Positions 12,901 to 25,905 of a stretch of 64,000 nucleotides of DNA are shown in pieces. Positions within the stretch are counted from its first letter, which is position 1. Every line of letters starts with the position of its first letter. Position numbers and translations under genes: made by a program. This DNA comes from Octopus sinensis (Eukaryota), in contig NC_042997.1 of assembly GCF_006345805.1 (NCBI RefSeq), positions 212,226,001 to 212,290,000 on the forward strand, read 5' to 3'. The notes beneath the pieces are model-generated. The model worked only from the letters and a program-made list of their open reading frames with translations. It ran no database searches and had not been told where the DNA came from.

Positions 12901-14216
12901 TTTATTTATTTATTATTTGTAAAACAAAACATTTAAATGAGTTAATCAACGCTGAGCTTTCTTAGGTGCCATGAGTTTAGATAAGAATTGAACTTGTGAA
13001 GCTTCCAACATTGCCATAGCGGACGTGGCACAAACTGACACAAATTTCAATAAATATTGTTCACCATATTAAAGTGCAGTCATGCCTAAGTTTAACTGGG
13101 TTGTTTGTCAGTGCAGTAAATAGTGGCTCTTTCACTTTGTGTGGCATGGTCTGCTTGTTGTTATTTGTGTAAGTCCTGTTGTGGCAAAATGGGGAAATGG
13201 GCCAAACCCTATTGATTAATAGAGAAGGTTAGAAGTTGTAATATGTGTGTGCTGTAAAAATACAAATTATATGTCTCTCTCGATGACACAATGTTAACGT
13301 ATCAAGATCAGGATAACACTTACATAATTTGTTATTTGTGCAGAATAAAAGAGTTTAACAATGTAATTCAGAAATAGAAATAATAACTTTGTAAGTTTGG
13401 CAGACATAACAGTGTAAGAGATCATTGATAATGTGAGCTAATAAGATGGTAGAAGTATGACAGGTAATATTTCATATCAGCTGAATTCACACTAATTTTA
13501 ACAGTGAACAGACAACACACAGATGTATTTTGCTTTTGCTTTAATGAGTATGAAATGTTAGGAGAGAAATTAAGGTATTCGTGATGGACTAATTTAGAAA
13601 AATTAGAATGGTAATTATGAAGAAAAATCAATAATTCTACTAGACCTGTCAATATTGGAATTATTGATGTAGTGACCACCTTTCTCTATTTTTATGACTT
13701 ATCATTGCTGTTATACAGCTTACAATAATAAAAGCAATTTTTTAATTCAATTTTTTTGTTTGTTACTTTTTTAATTCTTCTCTACGATAGAAAGAACATT
13801 CGAAAGAAGTGAAAAATGAGCAGAAAATAAGCATTAATAATAAAATGAAACAAAGCATCAAGAAGATGGAGAAAAATGTTTCAAAAATGTTGTTCTCGTT
13901 TGCCTGAAGCTCCAGGATTTTATTCAATAGTTTCAAGATTTAAGAAAACACTCTTTTATAGTTTTCCTTCGTTATAAATTTAATTAATACATTAATAATT
14001 AAATATATAATTGAGGCAAAAGCAAGAGATCTTTCGTTTCAAGATAAAAATCTAATATGAAACCTTTCAGGTGTTATTGCTCTCTTGTGTTCAGGAGAAA
14101 ACTTTTAATGGCATCTTCTATAAACGTGCCATTGCATATTTTCACCATTGTAAACATGTAAACAACATATTGAAAAATACAAACATTGAAAATAATTGCA
14201 AGATTCTAATCAATAC

Positions 14217-14274
14217 CGTAAAGAAATTATCAAAATAACATTTGTACAGCTTTGACACGCTAAAAGCATAAGAA
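14217..14274 (-). CDS. Candidate exon, 58 nt (SYAFSVSKLYKCYFDNFFT or LMLLACQSCTNVILIISL)
   Basis: ATTGTTTATTTATCAG acceptor and ACG|GTATTG donor; frame is ambiguous. Confidence 0.3.
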
Positions 14275-14417
14275 CTGATAAATAAACAATTATCTTTGTT
14301 CTTTCAGATCTTTTCATACACTCAGCTGACAATTAAGACTTAGTGATAAACAGTGTAGAAAGCTAATTCCAAGTCAAATGCTGCTGCAATGATCTATACA
14401 TGCATGCATATATATAT

Positions 14418-14730
14418 CATCATCATCGTTTAACGTCCGTTCTCCATGCTATCATGGATTGGACGGTTCGACCGGGGATCTGGGAAGCCAGAAGGCTGCA
14501 CCAGGCTCCAGTCTGATCTGGCAGTGTTTCTACAGCTGGATGCCCTTCCTAACGCCAACCACTCCGTGAGTGTAGTGGGTGCTTTTTACGTGCCACCTGC
14601 ACAGGTGCCAGGTGAGGCTGGCAACGGCCACAATCGGATTGATGCATTTTACGTGCCACTGGCATGGAAGCCAGTCGAGGCGGCACTGGCTTCGGCCACG
14701 ATTTGGATGGTGCTTTTTACGTTCCACCGG
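14418..14730 (-). mobile_element. Family A copy
   Basis: Conserved body plus 3 internal modules. Confidence 0.85.
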
Positions 14731-14879
14731 CATATATATACACACACACACACATATACATACATATATCATTGTTTAATTTTCGCTTTCTATGCTGGCA
14801 TGGGTTGGACAGTTTGAATGAGAACTGGCGAGCGAGGAGGCTGCACCAGCATTGACCTCATGTTATTTTTGTTAGCCCA

Positions 14880-16507
14880 AATGTAAAAGGCTCACTGACT
14901 GCAAAACCACAAGAGGATTAGTGAAGCACTCAATAAACAGTTCCAGAATGTTCTCACTTTCCCACCAGAAACCATGAAAATAAGCAGACCTGATGAGTTC
15001 TTCAACACCTACAAGAGAAAAAGTTGACCATCAATTACATTGACCTTACATAAGAGGATGTATTGTCAGCTGTTAATGAGATAAACCCAAACTCTGCAAC
15101 AGGCCCAGATGCACTCCCTGCAATTCTGTTAAAAGCATGCAAGAAAGCTCTTGCAAAACCACTGCAAATACCTTTCCAGAGTTCCCTTGAATGCGGTACA
15201 TTTCCTCAAATGTTAAAAGAAAGAATAATCTGCCCTGTCCATAAAGGAGGAAGCAGAGCAGATGCTATAAACTACAAACCTATCTCTCTGACCTCACATG
15301 CCAGCAAGATCATGGAACACATTTCCTGGAGGAAAATGACTTGCTTACAGACACACAACATGGTTTTCGTCCTGGATGGAGCTGCCTAACACACCTACTA
15401 CAGCACTTCGATTGGGTATTAAAACAACAGCTCAACCATTCAAATGTGGATGTGACATATCTTGACTTTGTCAAGGTGTTTGACAAAGTCAATAATGGGA
15501 TTATATGTCAAAAACTGCATGACCTCAGTATCGCTGGTAGACTGGGAGAGTGGCTCCGTGATTTCCTAAAGGGCAGAAGTCAGGCCATCACAGCAAATAG
15601 TGCTCTCTCTGAACTGACACCAATCCTCAGTGGAGTCCCCCAGGGAACAGTGCTGGCTCTGCTACTGCTGTGGTTACTCTTTCAGACATACCCTCAGCCA
15701 TAGAGTCAGCCACTCTCACCAGCTACGCCGATGATACAAAAAGTATCCCAGGCGGTCAAGGATCCTACTGACATCCTAAGACTGCAGAATGACCTGAATG
15801 CAATATATAATTGGGCCGATGAGAATAATATGCAGTTCAATGGAGCAAAATTTCAAGCACTCCACAATCAGCTCACAAATAAGCTACAGCTGAAGTACAT
15901 TGGACCAGTAGGTAATGTAATCTCAGAGTTAGAGTCAGTGCATGACCTGGGAATCCACACAAGAAATTGACGCAACTTTCCATGTGCACATTGCTCAGAT
16001 GGCAACACTATGCAGGAACAGATATACAATACTTCTGCTTTGGAGAACCTTTGTCCTCAGTGGACCCCTAGAAGCGATCCAACACCACTTCACAAAGAAG
16101 ACAGACTCAGTAAAACACATGGGCTACTGGAAGAGATTGAGGGAACTGGGACTCTACTCCCTGGAGAGGGGACATGAGAGGTATACAGTGCTATACATAT
16201 GGGAAATAAGGAAGGGTCTGGCTCTAAATTTCAGAACTGAAATCTACAACAATCCCTGAATTAGATGGCACATCTTCTACATTGAGGATACGAACCCAAT
16301 ATTGTAATAGTTTGGGATTCAAGGGACCACAACTTTTTAATGCCCTACCACGGAACATCAGGGATCTGCAATATGTAGACATGGAAGCCTTCAAAAAACG
16401 TCTAGACAGCTTTTTATTTGCAATACCAGATGAACCCACATCGCAGCAGGGGGTACAAAAGAAGAGCGGCAACTAGACAGACAGACAGATAGATAGATAG
16501 ATAGATA
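14880..16507 (+). mobile_element. CR1/Jockey-group LINE ORF2 (reverse transcriptase) 3' fragment, frameshifted
   Basis: SATGPD..., YKPISLTSHASKIME, QHGFRPGWSCLT, YLDFVKVFDKV, SGVPQGTVL, YADD, FKKRLDSFLFAIPDEP and an (AGAC/AGAT)n tail. Confidence 0.9.
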
Positions 16508-17877
16508 TGTGTGTAGATGTAGTAAACAGTTAAAATAATTTCTATTGACAGACAGCATGACTCGGCAGCAATGATTTTTGTCAAACTCTAAATAATAATT
16601 TTGAAGCAAGAAATTGGTAAATTTGTTAGGATATTAGGTAGCGGTTTGAGATATTTGTTTTGACTGTCTGCATTTTGAGTTCCACCAAGATCAACATCAT
16701 TTCATCCTTCTGCTTCCAATAAAAATGTACCAAACCAAGGTGGTGATTTGGTAGGACTGGTGTAGCAGCCAGCTAGGTGCCTTGTCGTACCTCTTCTCAA
16801 AACCTGAAAACACAGTGATGCCAAGCTGTACTGGTTTTAAAGCAGTGGCCTTTCTCATGGATAACATCATTTGTGTAGAGGGAGAGATTTGCTTCTATAA
16901 TGAGCTGCCAGCTTTGTTTAAATGAAAAACATTATGCAGCCTGATGCATAAAAGTGCAGACGCCTAGTGAACCCTGACCAATGGGGGGGGGGCCTTAAAA
17001 GCAATCAATAAATTCTAGATCATGGAATACTTTGAGTTTTGAAATGATTATGAATCCTGTGCTGGTGTCGCACATAAAGCATTTGTGCTGGTGCCATGTA
17101 AAAGTGCTAATGCTGTTGTCACGTTAAAAACACCGAATACACACTCTAAAGTGGTTGGCATTAGGAAAGGCACCCAGCCATAAAAACCAATCCCAATCAG
17201 ATTGGAGCCTGGTGTAGTTCTACAGCTTGCCAGCCCTGGTCAAACCATCTGACTTATGCCAGCATAGAAATCAGAAATTAAAGAATAATGATGAGGAGGA
17301 GTTCTGTAAAGTGGTTGGTGTTAGGAGGGGGGGCAATGCCAAAGAAGACAGTGCAGCTTGGCCCTCTAGCTTACCAACACCCGTCAAACTGTTCAACCCA
17401 TGCCAGCATGGAAGATGGACGTTGAATGATGACAATGAGTTTTCATCTCCAATATCACTGATTACTCAGAGTTTCAATACCAAAATAAACAGAAATTATC
17501 CTGTTGTCGCTGTTGTTGTCATCCTTGATCCAGCAAACCTAGGATGAAAAGAGCACCAACAATTAATCAGCCACAGTTTGCCTTATTTAAGGTGTCCTTT
17601 CTTTTTGAGGTAGTAGGGTGTTGTTTGGGTGAATGTTTAGCTGTTTCTTGTAGGTTGATGAAGCCTCATTGAAACGTTTCCATTATAAAATCATCCAACA
17701 GAATTTATTCCGATCACCACATCCCCTCTGCTATGATGTAAACCTAGTTTCTTTCACTGTTTTCCCGAACCTAATGATCTAAAGATCTATGTTAATCAGA
17801 CAGACAAATCATATAACCACTTACATTCATTATTCAGTAAATTCTAATTGAAATCAATTGATCTAATTGTCCCTTAC

Positions 17878-17903
17878 GATGTCTTTAATACTTAATCCAT
17901 TAT
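17878..17903 (-). CDS. Candidate micro-exon, 26 nt (DNGLSIKDI, phase 1->0)
   Basis: GTTTATTTTATCCCTTGTTTTAG acceptor and ATC|GTAAGG donor; only one frame is open. Confidence 0.45.
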
Positions 17904-18074
17904 CTAAAACAAGGGATAAAATAAACATTAGACATGAAACATTGGAAGCTAGTTGGAATTCACACGCCATTTCTAAGTAGATCTGAAAATTAATTTACTA
18001 GTATCTAACCACATATCTAGACAATATACTGAATAAATTAGAATTTCTTGGGGCACATATACTATTGTACATAC

Positions 18075-18099
18075 CCAAGAGAAGAAGTACAGCAAAGAT
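18075..18099 (-). CDS. Candidate micro-exon, 25 nt (IFAVLLLL, phase 0->1)
   Basis: TATTGATATTAG acceptor (modest), TGG|GTATGT donor; hydrophobic; in phase with 17878-17903. Confidence 0.35.
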
Positions 18100-18299
18100 C
18101 TAATATCAATATTTAACTTTTTTGTTTTGTGATAACGAAGCCATAAAAACAAATTACTGAGTTTTAATCACCAAATTTGTAATGCCATTAATTATTAATA
18201 AGGAAAATAAGTTATTTAACAAAGTGTAGTAAGTGGTACCAATATAGTAATTAATAATACGAAATATAGGACACATTGCCATCATCATCAATATATATA

Positions 18300-18510
18300 T
18301 TTTGCCAGCTCCGTCTGGCACCTGTGCGGTGGCATGTAAAAAGCACCCACTACACTCACGGAGTGGTTGGCGTTAGGAAGGGCATCCAGCTGTAGAAACT
18401 CTGCCAGATCAGACTGGAGCCTGGTGCAGCCTTCTGGCTTCAAAGACCCCAAGTTGAACCGTCCAACCCATGCTAGCATGGAAAGCGGACACTAAATGAT
18501 GATGATGATA
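18300..18510 (+). mobile_element. Family A copy
   Basis: Conserved 3' 200 bp with (GAT)n tail. Confidence 0.85.
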
Positions 18511-18818
18511 TATATATATATATATAAGTTCAGCAAAAATTTAGATTGAGATGAATATGATACTTAAGTTAAAGGCACCAGAATTTGGTATGGTATTATC
18601 CATATAAATCAAATGGGGTGATTATAATCAAAATAAGCAACAACACCTAAATGTGGCTAACACTTAAGGGTCAATGCTATTGTAGCTTGTAGCCCCAGGA
18701 AGACATCTCCTCCAGCTGGCTATTGACACACTTTCTGTGCCCTATCAGTATTTGCAAAGGGAAGTCATAGAATTGAGGCCTAAACGTTGCTGTAAAAGTG
18801 TTTGTTGTGTAGACTTAC

Positions 18819-18851
18819 CCTGAAGCAGTCAAATGAAGTTGTAGGACTCCA
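18819..18851 (-). CDS. Candidate micro-exon, 33 nt (WSPTTSFDCFR in phase 0, or GVLQLHLTASG in phase 2)
   Basis: TTCTTCTTTTGTCTCCTTTCATTCAG acceptor and consensus AGG|GTAAGT donor. Confidence 0.5.
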
Positions 18852-19371
18852 CTGAATGAAAGGAGACAAAAGAAGAATCTGGTTTTCTCATCAGTAACGT
18901 TTTCTAACAGTTCATTATTCAACAATGTTAAAGAAATGTCTATCAGACAAATTACATTCACAGACCAGCCTCCTCCTCCTCTTCAACATAGACAAACGCA
19001 AACAAAGAAAGAGAAACCATTCACAAAAAGGAGTTGCACTACTATCCACCAGTTTTATGAATGAGAAGAAACCAGAGAACCAAAACCAAACAAAAACACA
19101 GCTGCAGACGATGTTGTAAAAAGACAACAAGTTCAAAAGCTGTTAATTGGTGAACAGTAATTAGAATGAAGTTTATATAAATAAGGATGGAGTTTAAGAG
19201 TTGACAATAATAAGGAACTGGCAATTATTTGGAAGACAAAAAGTTTAGAATTTGCTAAAAGCAAATGAAACTATTAGGAAAGTAGATGGGTAACTTTTCA
19301 ACAATACTTTTCTTTCCCTGGGTAAATACCAAGAAATATATGGCAGGCAGACAATAATGACAAGGCAGTTA

Positions 19372-19765
19372 GTACTCTTTTACTTGTTTCAGTCATTTGA
19401 CTGCGGCCATGCTGGAGCACCGCCTTTAGTCGAGCAAATCGACCCCGGGACTTATTCTTTTTAAGCCCAGTACTTATTCTATCGGTCTCTTTTGCCGAAC
19501 CGTTAAGTGACGGGGACGTAAACACACCAGCAATGCTAGGGGACAAACACAGACACACAAACACACACACACACACACATACATACATATATATACATAC
19601 ATATATACGACGGGCTTCTTTCAGTTTCCGTCTACCAAATCCACTCACAAAGCTTTGGTCGGCCCGAGGCTATAGCAGAAGACACTTGCCTAAGACGTCA
19701 CGCAGTGGGACTGAACCCGGAACCATGTGATTGGTAAGCGAGCTACTTACCACACAGCCACTCCT
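19372..19765 (-). mobile_element. Family B SINE, full length
   Basis: Reverse complement of the 9849 copy. Confidence 0.85.
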
Positions 19766-20075
19766 AATTTTTATCAAATTTCTTGCTGTTTATACAGAAT
19801 AAGGAAATGAAAACGAATTTTTGACAGAAAAATGTTCATTACTTTAAAATTAAAGGAAACAAATTTCTCATTTGTATATTTTATGCTCTCTCTTTCTCCC
19901 TTTCTTTTACACTATCTCCCTCCCTCTCTATTACGCTATCACTCTCTCTTTTATGTTCTTTCTCTCTCTCCCTCTCTTTATTCTCTCTCTCTCATGCTCT
20001 TTCTCCCTCTCTTTTATGCTCTCTCCCTCCCTCTCTCATCCTTCCTCTCTTTTGTGCCTTCTCTCCCTTCCCCTC

Positions 20076-20132
<57 letters not shown>

Positions 20133-20285
20133 TTAAAGAGTGACTTGAAAAGCCAACCAACCAACATTTATACTGAAAGTTACAAAATAAAAATAGAAAT
20201 AGATCTTGCTGAAGATAAGAATTCTCTGCAGAAAGGAATGGAAGAAATAAACCGGAGGAATGCCAACCTGAGCTGTGAGTTAGGA

Positions 20286-21140
20286 TCATCATCATCATCA
20301 TCATCATTTAGCGTCCGCTTTCCATGCTAGCATGGGTTGGACGTTCAACTGGGGTCTGGGAAGCCAGAAGGCTGCATCAGGCCCAGTCTGATCTGGCAGT
20401 GTTTCTACGGCTGGATGCCCTTCCTAACGCCAACCACTCCGTGTGTGTTGTGGGTGCTTTTTACGTGCCACCAGCACAGGTGTTAGACGGGGCTGGCAAA
20501 CGGCCACAGATGGATGGTGCTTTTTACATGCCACCGGCACGGAGGCCAGTCGGGGCGGTGCTGGCAACGGACACGGTCGGGTGGTGCTTTTTACATGCCA
20601 CCGGCACGGGGACCAGGCAAGTGTAGGGTGAGATGTCATGAAACGACCAAAGCTAGAAAAAAGAATCATTATTACAGACAATCCTTTGAAGGGAGTCTTA
20701 GTTTTGCAAGCTGCATGGTGACCTAACAAAGTGGTTGGTATTAGGAAGGGCATCCAGCTGTAGAAACCATGCCAGAGCAGAGAGTGAAACCTGGTGCAAG
20801 CCTCGTCATCATCATCACTGTTCGACCGTCGTCGAGACAATGGAATTTACTATGTTACGCCAGTCTTCACGGTCCATCATAGCATTACGGAGGTCCTGTT
20901 GCTGGATGCCTGCATCCCTGGAGACCACATCAGGGTAGGAGAGTGTGCACTCTCCGGCATCGCGAGCAGACAGTCCCCAGAGGAGTGGTTGGCGTTAGGA
21001 AGGATATCCTGCATGAGAAACACTGCCAAATCAGACTGGGCCTGGTGCAGCCTTCTGGCTTCCCAGACCCCAGTTGAACTGTCCAACCCATGCTAGCATG
21101 GAAAGCGGACGCTAAACAATGATGATGATGATGATGATGA
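20286..21140. mobile_element. Family A copies in opposite orientation (20286-20610 minus; 20720-21140 plus)
   Basis: Conserved blocks on both strands. Confidence 0.8.
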
Positions 21141-22532
21141 CTAACCAAAAGCAACATCATGGCTTTTCAAGAAAGGAATTCAAAAAATACATTTCCCAAC
21201 GAGTTTGTTGTCAACTTAATGTGACAGTCCCATAAAAGGGAAGAATGCTGCTGTTATTTAGCCCTAGGAAACACTGTTTTCTATTGGACTTGACACATTT
21301 CCTTGTGTCCTTATGTTTTCAAAGTGAAGATAAGCACCTCCACCCAGCAAAGCCAGCATCCAGAGACTAGTCTCAGAGTCATTGCTCATCGTCTGCCATC
21401 AGCACTGAAAGGGTTAAATCAGGTTGAAAATTTCCCCCAACAACCATTCAGAATGTGTAGGAGTCAATTTCTTGGGATATTCAAGGCATGATTGATGCTG
21501 CCAAAGGTGGACCAAGTCTGTATTAAATTATATAAAACTTCCACTGAATGAGTAGTTTCTATTATGTTTTTCCATGGGCCCCTGTCTGTTGTTTAGATCT
21601 TGCTTAAATAGTGGCCACTGATAGAGTCACACTGGATTGCCGAGCTCCCAAGTTTTATAATTGCAATATCAAAATTCATTAACAATAAATTAACTTTTGA
21701 CAGTTCATCAATTTTTTAATATTTAGGAACTGGTTGTCTCGGTAATGTTGCCCCAGTGGTGGGTGGTGGGATGGGAAGGTGGGAACCATATTTAGTTGTT
21801 ATTAATTCTTCCAGACTTTCTGACATTTTCGTAATTACAATATATTAACATTTAGTGCCAATTATCTTTAATATAAGCTTCACATAAACGAAGGCTCATT
21901 AATGAAACCTCGTCAACCCCAATATGAATATCGTAATTAAAGAAGCCTGCAACATACATCTGAATATAAGTGATATTTTCTCAATACTATGGTACATCTG
22001 TGATGGCTCTCCCATTCTAAGATTTCTTCCAGTCATTTAAAACAGTGTTTATTGAAGAAGAAGACAGTCTTTTGGTAAGCGTTTTGGAGAAATAACTACT
22101 AATAACAAAACAGAAGTTATTTCTAGTTCCATAAATCTGTCTTTGTATTAAATTCCAGATTTATCATTAATTCATATTTTGGCACCAACATAAAAAAAAA
22201 AAAAATTCTGAAATGAGTAAATCAAATATTTTGGCCCATCTTAACTTCTTTAAATAATCCATTATTGTCAGTATTTTTTTTCCTTTTTTCTTTTTTGCAT
22301 GATGTCAGCTGACGAGTAATGAAAGCCAGTCTAGATTGTTTCAATAATTAAAATAGCTCGACAATAGATTACAGCCAGAAATACAGCAACATCACCAGTT
22401 TTCTTTTTCTTTTTTTTTTTTTTTTTTTTTTACTAATATGTAATAATTCCCAAAGTGGAAACTAATTAATAAATGAATAAGAAATATTGCTAAAACGAAA
22501 TGAAATGAAATAAATAAATAAAATTATCTCAC

Positions 22533-22552
22533 TTTGAAAAATGTTTGTAAAT
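22533..22552 (-). CDS. Candidate micro-exon, 20 nt (LQTFFK, phase 1->0)
   Basis: CACTTATTTCTATAG acceptor and AAA|GTGAGA donor. A second 18-nt candidate lies at 22702-22719. Confidence 0.3.
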
Positions 22553-22911
22553 CTATAGAAATAAGTGTATGGAAAGTCTTTGGAAATAAAAGCATTCATC
22601 AGCAAATAAGTTCATCTGGAATTTTCTGTTGTAGCCAGGACACTTTGCCATTTCAACTACAATGACTAACAATTTCACAAGAGACATCGATATTCTTATA
22701 CCTTTGCTAGCATTACCATCTATGAAATATTGGTAGAGCAATGCTACATTCTATATACAGGATACAATTGCAGTTGAATATATATGTGTGTGTGTGTGTG
22801 TGTAAGATGAGTGTAGCACAGTGTAATGTTTTTAGTTCAAATCAGCACAAAACATATTGTAAATATATTTATTCCTTCAAAATATAATTGCCATCATCAG
22901 CAATGATGTAT

Positions 22912-23278
22912 CTCTTTTACTCTCTTACTTGTTTCAGTCATTTGACTGTGGCCATGCTGGAGCACCGCCTTTAGTCGAGCAAATTGACCACAGGACTTAT
23001 TCTTTGTAAGCCTAGTACTTATTCTATCGGTCTCTTTTGCTGGACATAAACACACCACCATCGGTTGTCAAGTGATGCTGGGGAGACAAACATACACACA
23101 CACACACACACATGTATATGACGGGCTTCTTTCAGTTTCTGTTTACCAAATCCACTCACAAGGCTTTGGTCGACACGAGGCTATAGTAGAAGACACTTGC
23201 CCAAGGTGCCACGCAGTGGAACTGAACCCAGAACCATGTGGTTGGTAAGCAAGCTACTTACCACACAGCCACACCTGT
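22912..23278 (-). mobile_element. Family B SINE
   Basis: As above. Confidence 0.85.
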
Positions 23279-23439
23279 GCCTATCCCACTTTGAAATCAG
23301 ATTTCTGATTCTTCAGACAAAAAAAAAAAAAACCCTGAGAAGATAATCCAAGAAAGACTAAAGCAAAATGATAGGAGAGCCATTTCCCCATTCATTGACT
23401 GTGAATAGTTTTCCACTGGCAAAGAGTGTTGTTCTAGTG

Positions 23440-23860
23440 ACCTAAAGAAGGGTGAGAAATGAATGTCTGTGTCAACAATAAACATTAGAAGCAGTGGTTG
23501 TCACCAAACGAAAATCCAGTTCCATAACCAAACGAAATTTAGATGCAAAGAAGATTTTGCTGGGCATTTGGTGGAATAAAACAGATATTGTTCACTTTGA
23601 ATTATTGGAACAAGGCAAAAGCATCAGAGAAGACTTTGTCAACATCTTGACTGTGTCAATCAAGTTTTGTTCAAAAAACAACCAGCTTTAGTCAGCAGAA
23701 AGAGATGCATCTTGCAAGTCAACATTCAGAGAAGACAACCCCAAAAAAGACTAACCCATCCTACTAGGAAGCTACCTCACCCACCCTACTCAGCAGACCG
23801 AGTCCCATCAGCTTTTCAGATTTTGAAATGTCTTAACAGACAAAAATCTCATGTTAGAGA
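23440..23860 (+). mobile_element. Mariner transposase relic
   Basis: KKILLGIWWN..IVHFELLEQGKSI, PALVSRKRCILQ, LPHPPYSAD. Confidence 0.85.
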
Positions 23861-24496
23861 TGAATTCTATATTTTTTCCCCTTGGTAAATGATCTGAGTT
23901 GCACATTTGAAATGCATTTAAAATATTGGTTTCAAATTTTGGCACAAGGCCAGCATGTTCAGGAGATCTCACTGCTCAAATGATATGTATTTTTATTGAT
24001 TCTGACTTTATGGGACATATCATCATTTAACATCCATTTTCCATGCTGGCATGGGTTGGACAGTAACAGGAGCTGTACAACTGAAGAACTGGACTCTATG
24101 AATGTTTTGGCATGGTTTCTATGGCTAGATGTCCTTCCTAATGCCAACCACTTTACAAAATGTATTGGGTGCTTTTTATGTGGTACCAGCACGGGTCTCA
24201 AAATTCTGTTATGGTGGATGGGCCTTCTTGGGTACAAGGTGCCAGATATCTTGGTCCTTTGTCATCTCCTTCATAAGGCTCAATGGTAAGAGATCAGCCT
24301 TATCTCACTGGGTCTCCCTCCTCAATGAGTTCCAGCCACTTGATCAGCACGTCTGTACACAACTGTCTACATCCATACACATCACATGATCAAACCAGCC
24401 AAGTCTTCTCTCTTGCACACGGCATCTAATTCCTAATTGCTCTTAAGCTTCTCTTTTCTCCCAATACACTACTACATGTACACTGACATTGCTCAT

Positions 24497-24795
24497 CCAG
24501 GAGTGGCTGTGTGGTACCTTGGGCAAATGTCTTCTACTATATCCTCGAGCTGACCAAAGCCTTGTGAGTGGATTTGAAAACTGAAAGAAGCCTGCTGTGT
24601 ACATGCATGTATATATATATATATAATACACACACACACACACACATCCACACACACACACACACAAACATATATATATATTCACACAAACACACATATA
24701 TATATATATATGTACACAAACACAAACATATACACACATATTATATATACACACAGATATAAATACAAACACACACAAACACACATATATATATA

Positions 24796-24885
<90 letters not shown>

Positions 24886-25103
24886 TACACATACATATGT
24901 ATATGTTAGTGTATTTGTCCCCCTCACCATTGCTTGACAACCGATCTTGATGTGTTTGCGTCCCCGTAACTCAACGGTTCAGTGAAAGAGATTGATAGAA
25001 TAAGTACTAGGCTTACAAAGAATAAGTCCAGAGGTTAATTTCTTCAACTGAAAGGCAGTGTTCCAGCATGGCCACAGTCAAAATGCCTAAAACAAGTAAA
25101 AGA
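24497..25103 (+). mobile_element. Family B SINE with a head deletion and a ~300-bp expanded internal microsatellite
   Basis: B flanks around (TA)/(CA)/(GA) arrays. Confidence 0.8.
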
Positions 25104-25530
25104 TTATATGTATATGTCAGTGACATTGAAGTTCCACCCAGCTACCATTGGATTGGGATGCATCTGAGTTAATCTCGGCTTTAGGATAGTCTCTGCTAAG
25201 ATAATGTGTAAAACCAAGATTTGCTGAAATGCATCACAATCTGATGATGGCTTATCTGACCAAAACTTTGAAGTCACTGTCAACAGCATTCTTGTTAAAG
25301 AAGAGTAAATTTGAACTCTACAAAAGTATAAAGCAATCTTTTAGATTAATCTCAAACTGCTTTTATTATGATTGAACATAAGGCACCGAACTGGCAGAAG
25401 CACTAGCATGCTGGGTGAAATGCTTAGCAATACTTCCTCTGTCACTACGTTCTGAGTTCAAATTCTGCTGAGGTTGACTTTACCTTTCAGCCTTTCAGAG
25501 TTGATAAATCAAATAGTAGTGAACTAGTAG

Positions 25531-25905
25531 GGTGCCAAGAGCACCATCTTAGCATGATCGTTGCCAGAGCAGCCAACTGGCTCTGTGCTGGTGGCACGTA
25601 AAAGGGCACCATTTGAGCATGATAGTTACCAATGTCGCCTTACTGGCACCTGTGCCGGTGGCATGTGTAAAAAAATTTGAGCGAGGTCATTGCCAGTACT
25701 GCCAGACTGGCCCCGTACCGGTGACATGTAAAAAGCACTCACTACACTCTTGGAGTGGTTGGTGTTAGGAAGGGCATCCAGCTGTAGAAACTCTGCCAGA
25801 TAAGACTGGAGCCTGGTGCAGCCGTCTGATTCACCAGCCCTCAGTCAAAATCGTCCAACCCATGCTAGCATGGAAAGCGGACTTTAAACGATGATGGTGA
25901 TGATA
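25531..25905 (+). mobile_element. Family A copy nested inside a family C SINE
   Basis: The C head and core at 25381-25530 resume at about 25909 (CACTGGGGTTGATGTATTCGAC...GAAACC). Confidence 0.8.

Noticed and set aside
13750-13930. Hydrophobic minus-frame stretch (FETFFSIFLMLCFILLLML...)
   Set aside because: T-rich composition explains the hydrophobicity; bounded by stops with no good acceptor
18845-19060. Plus-frame peptide ending ...KRSCTTIHQFYE* (PIP-box-like)
   Set aside because: Weak acceptor and no plus-strand gene context; overlaps a better minus-strand exon candidate
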